This document shows positions 13,589-25,784 of a stretch of DNA of 64,000 nt, in pieces. Where the stretch lies: positions 63,676,001 to 63,740,000 of the forward strand of contig NC_087436.1 in the NCBI RefSeq assembly GCF_036321535.1, given 5' to 3'. The stretch is from Camelus dromedarius. Its lineage: Eukaryota. A program made the position numbers and the translations under genes. Under the pieces are notes generated by a model that saw only the letters and a program-made list of their open reading frames with translations, was not told where the DNA came from and did no database searches. Every line of letters starts with the position of its first letter. Position 1 is the stretch's first letter.

Positions 13589-14074
13589 TAACAGCAAGCA
13601 TTTAGGAGTGCGGATGGCACCTTACTCATTTTTTACATTACCAAACAATGTAATCCTTGGACCAGTCCATAGTTAAGAGATTTCCTTTAGAATTTATATC
13701 CAAATTCTGCATATGGGTAAAATTTGAACAGATTAGACTGCATTTTCTTTCTTTTCTTTTGGCATCTAACTTTACTCAATTTCTCCATGTTTCTGGACTC
13801 TAATAAAAAAGAGCTGATAGACATAATGAGTCAAAATAGAGAACTTTTGTCATGAAACAACAAGCAAACTCAATGCATCGGTTATAATCGTTGGTAATAC
13901 ATTATTGTCACCTGAAGATTATTTCCTCACTTCACAGTTTTCGGTCCAGCTGAGCTTTGTTTCACATAAAACTTAACTCTCCTTTCATTTTCTTTTTTCA
14001 ATCTCTTCTCTCAACATATGAAACTGATAGGGAATATCTTGCATTCATTGCACATGTGCACAAAATGTGGCTCT

Positions 14075-14240
14075 GTAAGGATGAGTCTGATTTATTTACA
14101 GACAGAGTGGTACTTAAATACACAGATAAGTGCTCTAACAATTTTCCCCTTTGAAGTGTACACATTATTTTAATGATGTTGTTTGTGTTTGATCACATCT
14201 GGAACTTTCAGAAACTGCTATCTCAGTTGAGAGCCTACAA
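14075..14240 (+). mobile_element. MARNA-like mariner DNA transposon fragment
   Basis: 'aggatgagtctgatttatttacagacagagtggt...ttcccctttgaagtgtacacattattttaatgatg...ggaact' recalled as the MARNA end. Confidence 0.55.
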
Positions 14241-15198
14241 AAATTATTCTCTTTTCTCTAAGTGAAGTTTCATTTTTTACCAACCATATAAAATATTAGC
14301 AATGATAATATAATGTTTAATTATGTTATTTATTAGACTTGGTTGTGTATAACTTCTGCATTTAAAAAAAATTCCAGTCCATATTAAACATGAGTTTTCC
14401 CCTAAAAAAGGATTTTTTTTTTAAATAGCATTGGTTTTGGAAATAATTCCTAAATATAATTTTTGAGTGTGACTTTTTGAAACCAGTCTCATTTAATTAT
14501 ATCAAAACTTGTGGTTGTATTATTCATAATATATAAAATCAGTCTCTTTTCCTTAACACACATATATACTGAAGCTGATTTAAGGTCATGTTACATCCTG
14601 TGTAATCCGTTCTTTTAATCCTGGTTTCTAGTTATCTCACTATACATGCTTACCAACAAGAAAAAAATACAACACATGGCAAGAGAGAAATGAAAAAAAA
14701 AAGATAGAGTAGAGAAAATAAATGATATAGTCCTACCATTATATAGGCAGCTATTTAACCCCAGAACCTTCACGCCTCCTGGCTAGATTTCTCCGAGACA
14801 ACATCTTGAAAACTAATTCCATTTCCTTAGAACTCTCTAAAAGCTTCAATAAAATTGTGTACATACACAGAAACTGAACCAAAGGTCACCTACCCAAGCA
14901 AACAGGGAAAACACATAATTGTAAAACATTCAATAAATGTGTTTAAAACAACTGCGGAATGTGCCAGGTTAACCTCCAAATTACACAGTAGAGTAGGGAA
15001 CTAGCCTAGAAAGCTGGCACGTATTTGTTTCCCTCCTTCAACCTCCCTCCTTCTAATAGAGGCTATAATGTTTCTTGATTATTAAGAAATCCCCATGATT
15101 AATGTGCTTCTTTAAATTCCAATGAATCATGTCCATTAGCTTCATCTAGATAAGCACATTAAGGAATATATTATAATTATAATTGGCTTTGGACTCCT

Positions 15199-15239
15199 AA
15201 AACAAAACAAAACAAAACAAAACAAAACAAAACAAAAAA
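15199..15239. repeat. (AAAAC)n microsatellite
   Basis: About 7 perfect units. Confidence 0.95.
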
Positions 15240-16689
15240 GCCGAGCATTAAATGAATCTTTAAGTACCTGGTATCCGATATTGTACTTAGGTCACTGAAA
15301 TATGTACCATTTCATAATCAAACAAAAACACATTTCAACAAATTCAAGAAAGATGAAAAATAAATGGATAGGTAGAAAACAAACAATGCCTTTTCACAGC
15401 AATTGTTCCTACAATATTTGAAAGAGCAGAAAGCTGTCACTTCCCCCAACTTTATTTGCAATATTTCTGTAGCCAAACCTATTTTGTCTACGTTATTTGT
15501 TGGTGAAGTATTTGTTTTTGCAAGGCCATGGCAATAAAGATGACTAAAATATAACTACAGCGCATCACATTTTAGGCCTACTGTTTTATTATCTCACAAG
15601 TGTGACAATAGAAATAGAGCTTATATTTTAGAAAGTTAATTTACTTTTCAAGTACATACGTGTGGACAGTTTTACAAGCAAATATTGTACACTTATTGTC
15701 CAACGACTAGAAAAAAGTGAGAGAAAATGTTGAAGAGGGGTTGAATGTTGCTTAAAGCAAAACTGGAAAAAAAAAAATCAAAGCCTAAACATGTGAAAAA
15801 GAAAGATCACATTGTTATAAGTAGATATGTTCAGTTTAGAATGTGTTCCCTGAAGATTTTCAAAGGCCTGTGCACTCCAGTGTTTAAAAAGTAAAGGATC
15901 ATACAACATAATGAACTGGCCTGCACAACTTGTTTCCTCTTATGAAATCTGTCTCCAGAAGGTATAGACGCCAAAGAAGATGGGCTTAAACTAGAAATTA
16001 AAATTTAAAATGACAACAACAAAAAATCCATGGCAACAATAAAAATGGTTACCCCCTGGAAAGACAGACCATTTTCGTGAACTGCTGTGTCCTAGAGGCA
16101 GGAAAAATGAGGATCAGTGTGCCAACCCAGGCACAAGTACAGTCAGAGAGGTTTACATTCTGTTTTTGCCTCTCCCCCAGTGCAGACTTGAGAAAACTAT
16201 CCTGAGCCCATCCCCAGAGCAATCCAGACAGAAGCACAGAAGTCCACAGGATAATTATCAGGTGAGCAAAAGCCCTGCTCCCTGCTGAAATAAGGAGTTG
16301 AGGGAAACAGAAGAGGGTTGACAAGAGAACTATGAGAATCCACTCCTCCACTTCGTCCCCTTCAAATACCCAGTATGGTTGGATTACAGCCCGGAGTCAA
16401 TGGCTCTCACAAAGCTGCTTCTCTTTAAGGGTTTGTAATGACAACCTCACCCAAGAAAGTTCTTGGCATGTTATGGCTATGGAGTCATTTACCCCAGCAC
16501 TCAATGTTCACTTCATCTAAACTCCATGAGCCCAACACAGACTGTTTAATGCCTGTCTGTAGCCCTTTCCATACACAATCCAGACCACACAGCTGCTACT
16601 ACTCCCTACGGGAGCATGAAGTCAGACCTGAGGTGTGTAACTACAGTAAACATAAAATAACTTACTGGAGAACATATCATTCAAACTAG

Positions 16690-17260
16690 AGCTACTGAAA
16701 TGGACACACAAATAATTTAAAACAATAATGGAGCCTTTATTGGAGCCTGCTGAAGAATGCCTTAGTGAGTCAGAAGATAAGCTGCGTGAACCCTCCCAAA
16801 GTTATAAGAAAGCAGTAAAGAGATATAGAGACAGAGAGAGGGAGCTAGATATGCCAACATCAGATAATCTCACTCCCGGAAGATAAAAAGCATAAGAACA
16901 CTCAGATCAAAGATGACAAATCCCAAATTTAAATGATCTATACACTGACAAGATGAAATGTCAAAACACCAAAGACAAAAGAAAATTCTATAACTCTATA
17001 GAAGAAAAATCATCTACAGAGGTACAAGCATCAAAAAATGCCAGAAGTCAGTGGATACAGGAAGATAGTATAATACTTCTAAAATATTTTTTAAAAGGAT
17101 ATTGAGCCAGCAATTTGATTTCTAGCTTAATTATAACTTAAATGGATGGCATAACAACAACATTAACACCAAATCCCTGACAAATGAGATCTAAGAAAAT
17201 GTGCCGTACAGACCCCGGAATTGGAAAAATTGTTGGGACAAACACTCAAATAATAAAGAA
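16690..17260 (+). mobile_element. Ancient L1/HAL1 ORF1-region fragment (may extend upstream to ~16.05 kb)
   Basis: A-rich strand with 'gaaatgtcaaaacaccaaagacaaaagaaaattcta...atgccagaagtcagtgga'. Confidence 0.55.
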
Positions 17261-17984
17261 ATTCAGAAAACCAAATATTTGAGCTGGTATTTGAACCTCA
17301 GTCAGACTGTTTAAAAAGTCCTATTCTTTTCACTCCACCATACTGATAAAACTTAACAGTAACATTATCTGTTTGTGATGTCTTTGAATTAAAAGCATGG
17401 TACAGTAGCAAAAACAGTAACAGTGGTTTTAAGCTCTTAGTAGGAGTTAGGTTATTATTTAAAATTCAACTCACTGAAATTGTATAATTTCTTTACATAG
17501 TAATCAGGATATCTTTCAAAATATTTATATGATTATAACTTTATAATCATTGCATAAATCAATATGAGTCTGAGAATGAGTGTGAGATCCCCAAGATAAC
17601 TGGGGGCAGCTAACTTTCCAATTGAATTGACTATAGAATTTGTGTAGCTCTTATCAAGTGCAAGACATTGTGGTGGTACTTACCGTGAGTGAGGGGAGGT
17701 GATGGTTTTAAAAGCATAGTGATAAAAAGGATAAATGATCATTTTTAACTCTTATTTCCTAACCCATCAAAATAAGTCTAAATACAACCCCTCCTCACAA
17801 CTCCACTGGCACCATCCTGCTCGCTTATCACTACCTCTACAGCTGTGGTCTTCTCACTCTTTCCCCTACATCTACACTTCTCTTTCTTCTATATCATTTC
17901 CCAGAGTGATCATTTTAATACTTTGTTAGGATGAGAGCATTCTCCTTTTCAGTCTTCTACAGTGGCTTCCCATACATTGAAATA

Positions 17985-18150
17985 AGTACTTTTCACATGC
18001 ACAGCACTGTTCTAAGTGCTGAAGTGCAGTAACTCATCTGTTCCTGAAACAGACCTATGCTCCTGATGAGAAAATTAAAGCATAGAGAAATGAAGCATCT
18101 TACTCAAAACACCTAACCAGTAGGTAGCAGTCCACTGTGGAGTTCATAGT
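17985..18150 (-). mobile_element. MIR SINE inserted in an L2 fragment (~17750-17985)
   Basis: 'gcactgttctaagtgct...gatgagaaaattaaagcatagagaaatgaag'. Confidence 0.65.
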
Positions 18151-18189
18151 CTTTCCCTCTGCTTCAGCCCTGTCCAAATTGCCTCACTG

Positions 18190-18660
18190 ATGAATGGATG
18201 CTTCTCCACTAGTGTTTTTTTTTTTGGTTTTTTTTTTTTCCCTCTTAGTATTAGACTCCCACCCTTAGCTGGATACATGGATGCTTCTGATGAAGACCAT
18301 ACTATCCAGCCTCTCTTGGGGCTACTTGTGGCTACATGCCTAAGTTACGGCTTAAAGATGTAAGAGGAATTCTTCTCAGGAAGCTAAAAGAGAAACTTCC
18401 TCACCAGAGAGCTAGAGGGTGCTTTGACCCTTCTTTTTTGTCTCTTTACCCTTCGTGATGGTTGGGATGCAAATATAATGGCAGAAAACACTTTAAGGAG
18501 AAAGGAGAAAGCTAGAAAAGGGTCCCTGATCATAAGCAGCCCTAGACAGCCTACCTCCAGACTTTTCTTACTTGAGGAAATAATGAACTTGATCTTGCTC
18601 AAGCACTGTCATTTGTATGTTATTTGTCACATGTGGCCAAACTAATCCTAGCTAAAAATA
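18190..18660 (+). mobile_element. MaLR LTR (MLT1J-like)
   Basis: 'ccagcctctcttggggctacttgtggctacatg...gccctagacagcctacctccagacttttc...ttgtcacatgtggccaaactaatccta'. Confidence 0.75.
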
Positions 18661-18949
18661 AAGTCAAGTAAAATGCTGAGTATTTCAGTGAGATCTTATA
18701 AGAGGAGTTAAGGCCATTGACGTTAGATATGAGTTACATGTACAGCCTGGAGTTATAAATAGCACACAGCTACTATTCAAAGGCATGGAGGAGATGAATA
18801 TTTAGAATGCGTACAGTCATCATTATCACAGTTCTTAAATCAACCAATAAGATATATGCATGAGTGAGATTGTTACATACAGGAAATTATGGGAAAACAA
18901 GATGTTTATAACATGTTTTCCAATTTCTGAGACTGATTACCAAAGCTAA

Positions 18950-19190
18950 TAATAGTAAAATATATATTGAGGACTTGCTATGTGCTGGGCACTGTTACCT
19001 ATATGACAGGGATTGATTTCTTTGAAAGTCACAATAATCCTAAGAGGCAGGCATTAATTTTACCTCCATTTGAGAGAGACAAAATTGAGGCTCAGAGAGA
19101 CAAACAACTAACAGAGGATCAAAGTGTTTGTGAGCATTGAAAGGTGAAGTTGAACCCCAAGCATCTGACAGTGTGTACATGCATATTTGA
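18950..19190 (-). mobile_element. MIR SINE
   Basis: 'attgaggacttgctatgtgctgggcactgtt...cacaataatcctaagaggcagg...aaattgaggctcagagaga'. Confidence 0.8.
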
Positions 19191-19389
19191 TGCCTCTGTC
19201 AGAGACTGCATAATTCTGTTTTATCACGATTACTTGTTCAGTGTTGGTTTTCCCTTAGTTTGTGTTATTCTCCAGACCAAGAAACAAACGGTATGCAACA
19301 GTAACTTTAAAGCCAGCGAAGTGCCAGTGACTCAGGAATCACATTGATGGATTATTACTTGAACTGAGTATCCAATTCTCACCTTTTTA

Positions 19390-19613
19390 TTTTTTTTTAA
19401 TTTTTTTAACATTTTTTATTGATTTATAATCATTTTACAATGTTGTGTCAAATTCCAGTGTTCAGCACAATTTTTCAGTCATTCATGCACATATACACAC
19501 TCATTGTCACATTTTTTTCTCTGTGAGTTATCATAACACTTTGTGTATATTTCCCTGTGCTATACAGTGTAATCTTGTTTATCTATTCTACAATTTTGAA
19601 ATCCCAGTCTATC
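19390..19613 (-). mobile_element. Young L1 3' UTR, 5'-truncated insertion (copy 1)
   Basis: Poly-T tail, then 'ttttattgatttataatcattttacaatgttgtgtcaaattccagtg...ccctgtgctatacag'; candidate TSD 'ccttttta'. Confidence 0.9.
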
Positions 19614-19657
19614 CCTTTTTAAAAGCAACCAAAGGAATGGATTGTAAAGCCATTTCT

Positions 19658-19795
19658 TTTTTTTTAACATTTTTTATTGATTTACAATCATTTTACAATG
19701 TTGTGTCAAATTCCAGTGTTCAGCACAATTTTTCAGTCATTCATGGACATATACACACTCATTGTCACATTTTTTTCTCTGTGAGTTATCATAAC
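19658..19795 (-). mobile_element. Young L1 3' UTR, 5'-truncated insertion (copy 2)
   Basis: Near-identical to copy 1; perfect 17-bp TSD attgtaaagccatttct at 19641-19657 and 19796-19812. Confidence 0.92.
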
Positions 19796-21314
19796 ATTGT
19801 AAAGCCATTTCTATTCCCAACATTAAAAACATAAATTTCCACCACTTACATTCTTTTTTTTAGGCTGAAGTAAATCTGTTCCTTACCATCAGTGAAATGA
19901 ACTAACAAGTTAATTCATGTAGTTCCTGCCTGACACAATCAAAAATTATCCTGGCATTTCCATTTAAGAATGTAAATCTGTATATATTAAAGTTTAAAGT
20001 CTGATTTCAATTAAAACATGCAACTTGATTGCAAGATCAAGAAAAAGTTTCCTTCAGATAGAACTCTGCCAGTAACACTTCTATGGTGCTTATGGCTTTT
20101 AAAATGTTAGAATGGCATGATAAAAGAGCAGACATTCAGTTCAGATTTTATAGATTTGTATCACATTGGCAAGAATTCTTTTCTGAATCCTTTTTTTTTT
20201 TTTTTTTGGTTCTGTTTCATAAAGAGGCCACTTCATTCATTCCAGCCAAGGTCTATCTGAAAGATGGTGGGATTTTTGCATGTTGTTGCCCATTTGCTCA
20301 GTTTTATACCCACTTTCATGCATATAACCACAGAGTCACATAACTAGCATTGTGGAGATGCCAATAAATCGCACAGTCCCTTTCTGGTAAATAAGAGGCC
20401 ACATGCCACTCACTCCTCCCCTCTCTGCCTTTGTTTTCAGAGTTGCATATGTGGAAGCACAGACGCCTGGGCTGTGTTGTTGAAAGTCAAATGCTTCCAA
20501 GCAGTTGCCCTGGCTCTATTCCTACCTCCCAGCAGATGTCTGAATATTTTCCCAGCCCTCGATTACAAATCGGAACCTGCATTCTGCCAGAGAGAGCCAA
20601 CACATTCCAGACCCAAATTCTGGAAACTGAAGAATCAGAGACTCAAGGAATTGAATAAAACCAAAATATGTTCCCAGTGGGATATTCTAACCATTACCAA
20701 GGTTCATCTGACCCATTCCAGGTATAAACATCACTAACGAGTGCCAGAAGCTGGCGGAAACATGGACAGAACGGAAGGAAAAAGGCCTCCCACAGCCCAC
20801 TCAGGAAACCCTAATAAACTCCTCATGGCTTCCACTTGCCACAACATGGGCATGATGAATGACTGTGATGCATTATATACATTTAGACAAGCGAAATTTC
20901 CAAATGTGAGCACTAAAGGAAAAATAGGAGAGATGGTAGGCATGGCACGATTTCCATTTTTTTCTTCCTGTAATGAATTGTTTAAAGTTGTGAGGATCTT
21001 TAGAGTCCCAAATGAAAGACCTCTGATTTCATTCACTCTTGGACTCCTCTTCCCTTTTTTTGATTTGGACACTGGGTATACCCTGCCGAATCCCCACTAG
21101 TGTCATTACGCACATACTTCAGATTCCCCAGCAGGGCTCCCTTCCAAAGTTTTCTGGACAGCTCCATACCTGATCTGTAACAGCAGCAATGCTTTTAACA
21201 CCAGCTCTTTCCTATTTTCCATATTTTTCACCAACCCCTAAAAGACCAGCTCCATGAAGTATAGAAGTGAGCCCAGGCCACCTCTGGCAAAAGCAAAAAC
21301 AAAGGAAAGGGCCT

Positions 21315-21545
21315 CTTATTAAGCCTGTGCCAGCACCATTCTAAGCACCTTACATGTATAAGTAATTTAAACCTTTGAGCCATCTCCTAATACTGTTTTT
21401 GACTTTTTTTTTTTCACTGATGAGGAAACTGAGTCCCAGAAAAATTCAGCTAACTGCCTAAGATCACAACATGTAAGTGTTATGTCAGGATTCAAGTTCA
21501 GGCTGTTTTGTTCCTGAGCCTAATATCATAATTCCTATACTCTGC
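21315..21545 (-). mobile_element. MIR SINE
   Basis: 'tgtgccagcaccattctaagcaccttacatgtat...gatgaggaaactgag...gcctaagatcacaac...caggattcaa'. Confidence 0.8.
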
Positions 21546-22269
21546 TTCCTCTCACTAACAATGATAGCCAACATGATCTGAGCACTTTCTAGGATTTTTC
21601 TAAGTACTCTGCGGAAGTGGGGTCATGAGTAGCCATCTCTTTCCAAGCTGCTCAGCAAACAGGGAAAGAACCTTACCCTCCTGCATATTTGAGTCATGTT
21701 AAAGTGGTAAAACTTGGTATAGCTGTCAGTCCATTTTCCCATGATGGATTTAAGGAAGAAAAGGCAAAAATCTGGTGTAGCTGTATGAAAGCAGCATCCT
21801 TGTTTCACATCACCAAGACGTTCAGTTGACCAAGCTCTTTACAAAGCTAGGGAAATTAATACAAGATCGGTATTTCAATTCAGTACGATTTACTAGTTTG
21901 TTAATAATCACTTTATCCCACTCAGCAATCCTTTCTTGTAGGCCGCGTTTAATATTTAAAGATGAAGAGGAAACTATTTTAAACCATGTGACGGAAATTT
22001 AACCTGAATGCAATGTGGTTCACGTTCACTGTTTTGTTGTTGTTGTTGTTAACTGAGATTATTCAAAAATGATTTAAATCATTGAGTTCAGAGCTCTGAT
22101 TCAAATTATAATTGGAATGAGGAAATGGATAAGCAATCTCAATAGGTAGGAGAAAAAAGGTAAGTAGTATATAACTAGAGACGTAGCAGCATCAAGCATG
22201 GCTTTTAACGAAAGAAAATGGTTTTCATCATTTTTAGTATATTAAACCTTAGGAACTCGCTGAGTCCAC

Positions 22270-22612
22270 AATGTTGGGAATGTTGAGGTTCTCAGCATGA
22301 GTGAGAGCAAGACAAGGAGATGAAATTGCTCTACATGGTAAAGTAAAAGCAATGCAGAGGTTTGGAGTTTGGTGGCCCGGGGCAACTAGCGAAGGGTATC
22401 AGGTAGGCTAGGAGACCCGGGAGTTTGTGATAAGCTAAGCTCTAATGAAGAATATAGTCAGCAATAGATTCCTTAGGGCATGGGAGAGATGATAACATTT
22501 TAGGACAGTGGTTTCTATTTGAATTGTGTTCTTCCTTGGGCTTTAATTACCCTTTGCTACCCCTTTGGTAAGTGTCAGTTATACCCAATAACCTTGTGTG
22601 AGTGGTGATTTA
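22270..22612 (+). mobile_element. Possible ancient Gypsy-type LTR remnant (MamGypLTR-like)
   Basis: G-rich body ending 'gtgtcagttatacccaataaccttgtgtgagtgg'; weak recalled similarity only. Confidence 0.3.
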
Positions 22613-22716
22613 GGAAAATAAAGGGAAGTATCAAGCCAGCTAGGTCCCAGTAATGGCAGCTGCAGGAGTTTAGACGGATGATGAGAATGAGCTTAAATGG
22701 TGAAGCCAGATGCAGT

Positions 22717-22832
22717 GTTTTTAATTTTTGTTTTTAATCGAGGTACTGGGGATTGAACTCACAACCTCATGCATCTTAAGGATGGGCTCCACCACTGAGC
22801 TATACCCTCCCAGAGCTATATCCCTGTCCCCC
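22717..22832 (-). mobile_element. tRNA-Ala-derived SINE (camelid vic-1-like)
   Basis: Minus strand reads gggagggtaTAGCTCAGTGGtggagcccatccttaagatgcatgaggttgtgaGTTCAATCCccagtacctc (pol III A and B boxes) plus an A tail; TSD-like tgcagtgttt / tgcaatgttt. Confidence 0.85.
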
Positions 22833-22904
22833 ATGCTGCAATGTTTGTTAGAAGAGCAGGCCTCCTGAAAGTGATGGAGATGTAGAGGTGACTAGAAAGT
22901 CAGA

Positions 22905-22984
22905 CTGAGAAAGAGAGAGAGAGTAAAGAAAGATGGAGGGAAGGAGGAAGGGAAGGAAAAAGGGAGAGAGAAAGAGAGAGAGAT
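22905..22984. repeat. GA-rich low-complexity tract
   Basis: Almost pure purine run (gagagagagag...ggaaggaggaagggaagg...). Confidence 0.85.
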
Positions 22985-23756
22985 TATTTTAATAAAGCAA
23001 CTACTCGCTACTAAAGAGCCCAAAGTCACACTTGCAACTAACAGAGCAGATGACTCCCACAGTAGTCACTGCTTCAGAACAGAGACCCAGATCCCAAGCT
23101 AGAAATACGATAATCACATTATCATCTTTTCTCTAATAAAAACAATGACCTCAATCCAGTGGTTTTATTCAAAACAGAGTGGAAAAAATATTGCAGTAGG
23201 CCTGCAATTGCTTAGCCTTGTCTGCCAGTGGAGAACAGTATCATGTACACGAAGGAAAGGAAACAGATTTTAAACAGAGCTGACACTTTTAAAGTCTGGC
23301 TGTGCATCAGCTTTCTTTAGTGCCCAGGACGCCCATGAGCACATGCATAAATGAAGTATTGAGAATACATTTTTGAGCTGAGGGTGGAACTTTCTGGGTA
23401 TGCTAGGAAAAAATAGCCATATAGAACAAACAGTGTTTATCTAGAAAACAGGAAGAAGGGAGAAGGACACAGTGCTACATTTACAAGGTCATGAAAATTA
23501 GAAGAAGTTGATGAAAACCCAGCTTTAAGTCATTGTTAGGAAGAAAAACAAGAAGAAGAAAGAAAAATAAAAGGAGAGAAGAGGAAACAAAAGAGCTAAT
23601 TATCTCAAATGTCTATTTTTCAAGACTCACAGGGAAGTAAAGTGTAGGCCAAGATAATAAACAGAACTACCAGTTCATCATAAATAGACTTTCCCAAACT
23701 CTATATTCGTGTTAGACTTGTATGTCTTAGACTTCACCCACACCCCACATGGATGG

Positions 23757-24112
23757 TGTCTCAGTCTGTTTGGGCTACTGTAATGAAACTACCATTGACT
23801 GGGTGTTAAGACAACAGACATTTATTCCTCACAGTTCTGGAATCTGGGAAGTCCAAGGTTAAGACACTGGCGGATACCATACCCGGCGAGAGCCCACTTT
23901 CTGGTTCACAGACAGCTCTCTGCTGCTTAGCCGGTGCGAGGGAGAGCTCTCTGGAGTCTCTATAACAAGGGCACTAAACCCATTCGTGAGTGCTCCAGCC
24001 TCACGACCTAATTAATCACCTCCAAAATGTCCTACCTCCTAATACCATCATGCTAGGGGTCAGGCTTTTAATATATGAATTTTAGGAGGACACAAACATT
24101 CAGGCCGTAATA
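23757..24112 (-). mobile_element. Full-length solo MaLR LTR (MLT1A-like)
   Basis: 'tgtctcagtctgtttgggctact...tttattcctcacagttctgga...gacacaaacattcagg'; 5-bp TSD gatgg at 23752-23756 and 24113-24117. Confidence 0.92.
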
Positions 24113-24699
24113 GATGGCGTCACATAAATAAACATGAAGTTATTGGTCAGTTTCTAGAGAAGGAACATGCAGGTGAGTCAAAGGCTGATCTACCAGAGAC
24201 AGCGTGACTGTTCATAGCATGGGGGTGAAACTGATTATTGTCTGTTAATTTAACAGGGAAACAGGCTCTTCCTGACTCAGTGAAAACACATGTCATTCAG
24301 CGGATGTAATTTTTCTCAGAGTTTCATGTTATTTGAAAAATGAAAATTGTCTCCAGTCCTGTGTCCTGGCCCTTCTACTGACTGAATATTACTGAAGACT
24401 CCATCTCTGAATCTCTAAGACAGTGTTCAGTACTCACTCCACTAGGGAGAAACACAACACTTACTTTTCTGAGCTTCAGATATCATATGCCAGGTAGCTC
24501 TGTATTCATCAACCCTGGAAAGAATCTTCTCAGTATATAAGACCTATGTCTGTTACCTGTCTCTACACAGGGTAATGTGGAAGTGAAAAAAGAACAGTGT
24601 TCATAATCATTTTAATTTTATTTTACAAGTCTATAACCACAAATTCTAATTCTGTAGACCTTGTTCTGACTGTATGTTATTTAGGACAGTGTATGTACA

Positions 24700-25095
24700 A
24701 TTACTTCAAAGAAAAGTTTGGTAGTTTTTATAAAGTTAACATAGCAATTCTACTTCTAGGTATTCTCCCCAGAGAAATAAATATAATTCTAAGATCCTCT
24801 GCCTCAGACTTGTTAAGATAATCACAGGAGCTTTATCCCAAAGTACCAAAAACTATAAACAACCCAATATTCATGTGGTATATTCATACAATGAAGTACT
24901 ACTCAACAAAGAAAAGAACCAATACGTAGATACAGATATTACACAGAATCAAAAAAGCCATATCCAAATGAGTACTACTGTATGGTTCAATTTATGTGGC
25001 TTTCTTTAACAGGAAACCCATAATCTATGATAAACTAAATGAGAATAATTGTCTTAAGGACTTGATTGCACTTGGCGGGGTAAGAGAACTTGTAT
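24700..25095 (+). mobile_element. Old L1 (L1ME-like) 3' fragment
   Basis: 'gtttggtagtttttataaagttaa...gcaattctacttctaggtatt...tgtggtatattcatacaatgaagtactactca'. Confidence 0.75.
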
Positions 25096-25299
25096 AATAA
25101 ATTCTATTGTTTTCTTACTATTCTGTTTCTTCTTCCTAACAGAATATCTTTAATTTTTTAATTCATTGATGTGTTCATAGTTATCTGTCTCATCCCTAGT
25201 TCTAGAGAGGGATCTTGGTGACTGTACTTGTTGAAATGGTAACTCAAGTGGACCAACCATGCTTAAAAGAGGGAATTACGATCCATGCTTAGGTTAAAG

Positions 25300-25592
25300 C
25301 CTTTTCTGTTGCTCTTCCACTGGAGATGAACAAATAAATCTTACCTTAGGTATTTCTAGCAACTGCTTTAAGAATATAATGGGAACCAGCATCAAAGTGA
25401 AGTCTACAATTAGGATGATAGAACAGAGATGTAGAAAGAACTTGGGTTTAGGTCATAGTCCTAATCATTAACTAACTCTGGAGACTACCTTTCTCTATAT
25501 TTCTTCATATTGAAATTTATACATTTTTTAAAATTTTACAGCAGTCTCTGTGAGGCATTCTGCCGCAGAGAGTCAAAACATGCTAAATGGAC
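25300..25592 (+). mobile_element. MaLR LTR fragment (MLT1K/L-like)
   Basis: 'ggatgatagaacagagatgtagaaagaacttggg...aactctggagactacct'. Confidence 0.5.
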
Positions 25593-25784
25593 TGGCTCCA
25601 TTCTTCATTTGAGAGTCCTAGAAAATTACTTCACTATAAATATACTGGTACCTCGGTTTTGCTATTTTATCTTGCCCCATACAAAATATCCTTGACTTCA
25701 AGAACTTTTCCACACCCCAAACTTTTGGATTATGCCCTGTCCCAGACAATCTCTAGATAAGAATGGTAGGAAATTAAATCTCTA

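Noticed and set aside
19445..19834. 129-aa ORF with an internal repeat
   Set aside because: Artefact of two adjacent antisense L1 3' UTR copies.
21623..21990. Possible exons around 21.65-21.99 kb (minus-strand GTAAG donor; plus-strand acceptor at ~21940)
   Set aside because: Peptides unrecognised, and the splice sites do not pair into a convincing exon.
22740..22811. tRNA-Ala gene
   Set aside because: Degenerate stems, an A tail and a TSD indicate a tRNA-derived SINE.
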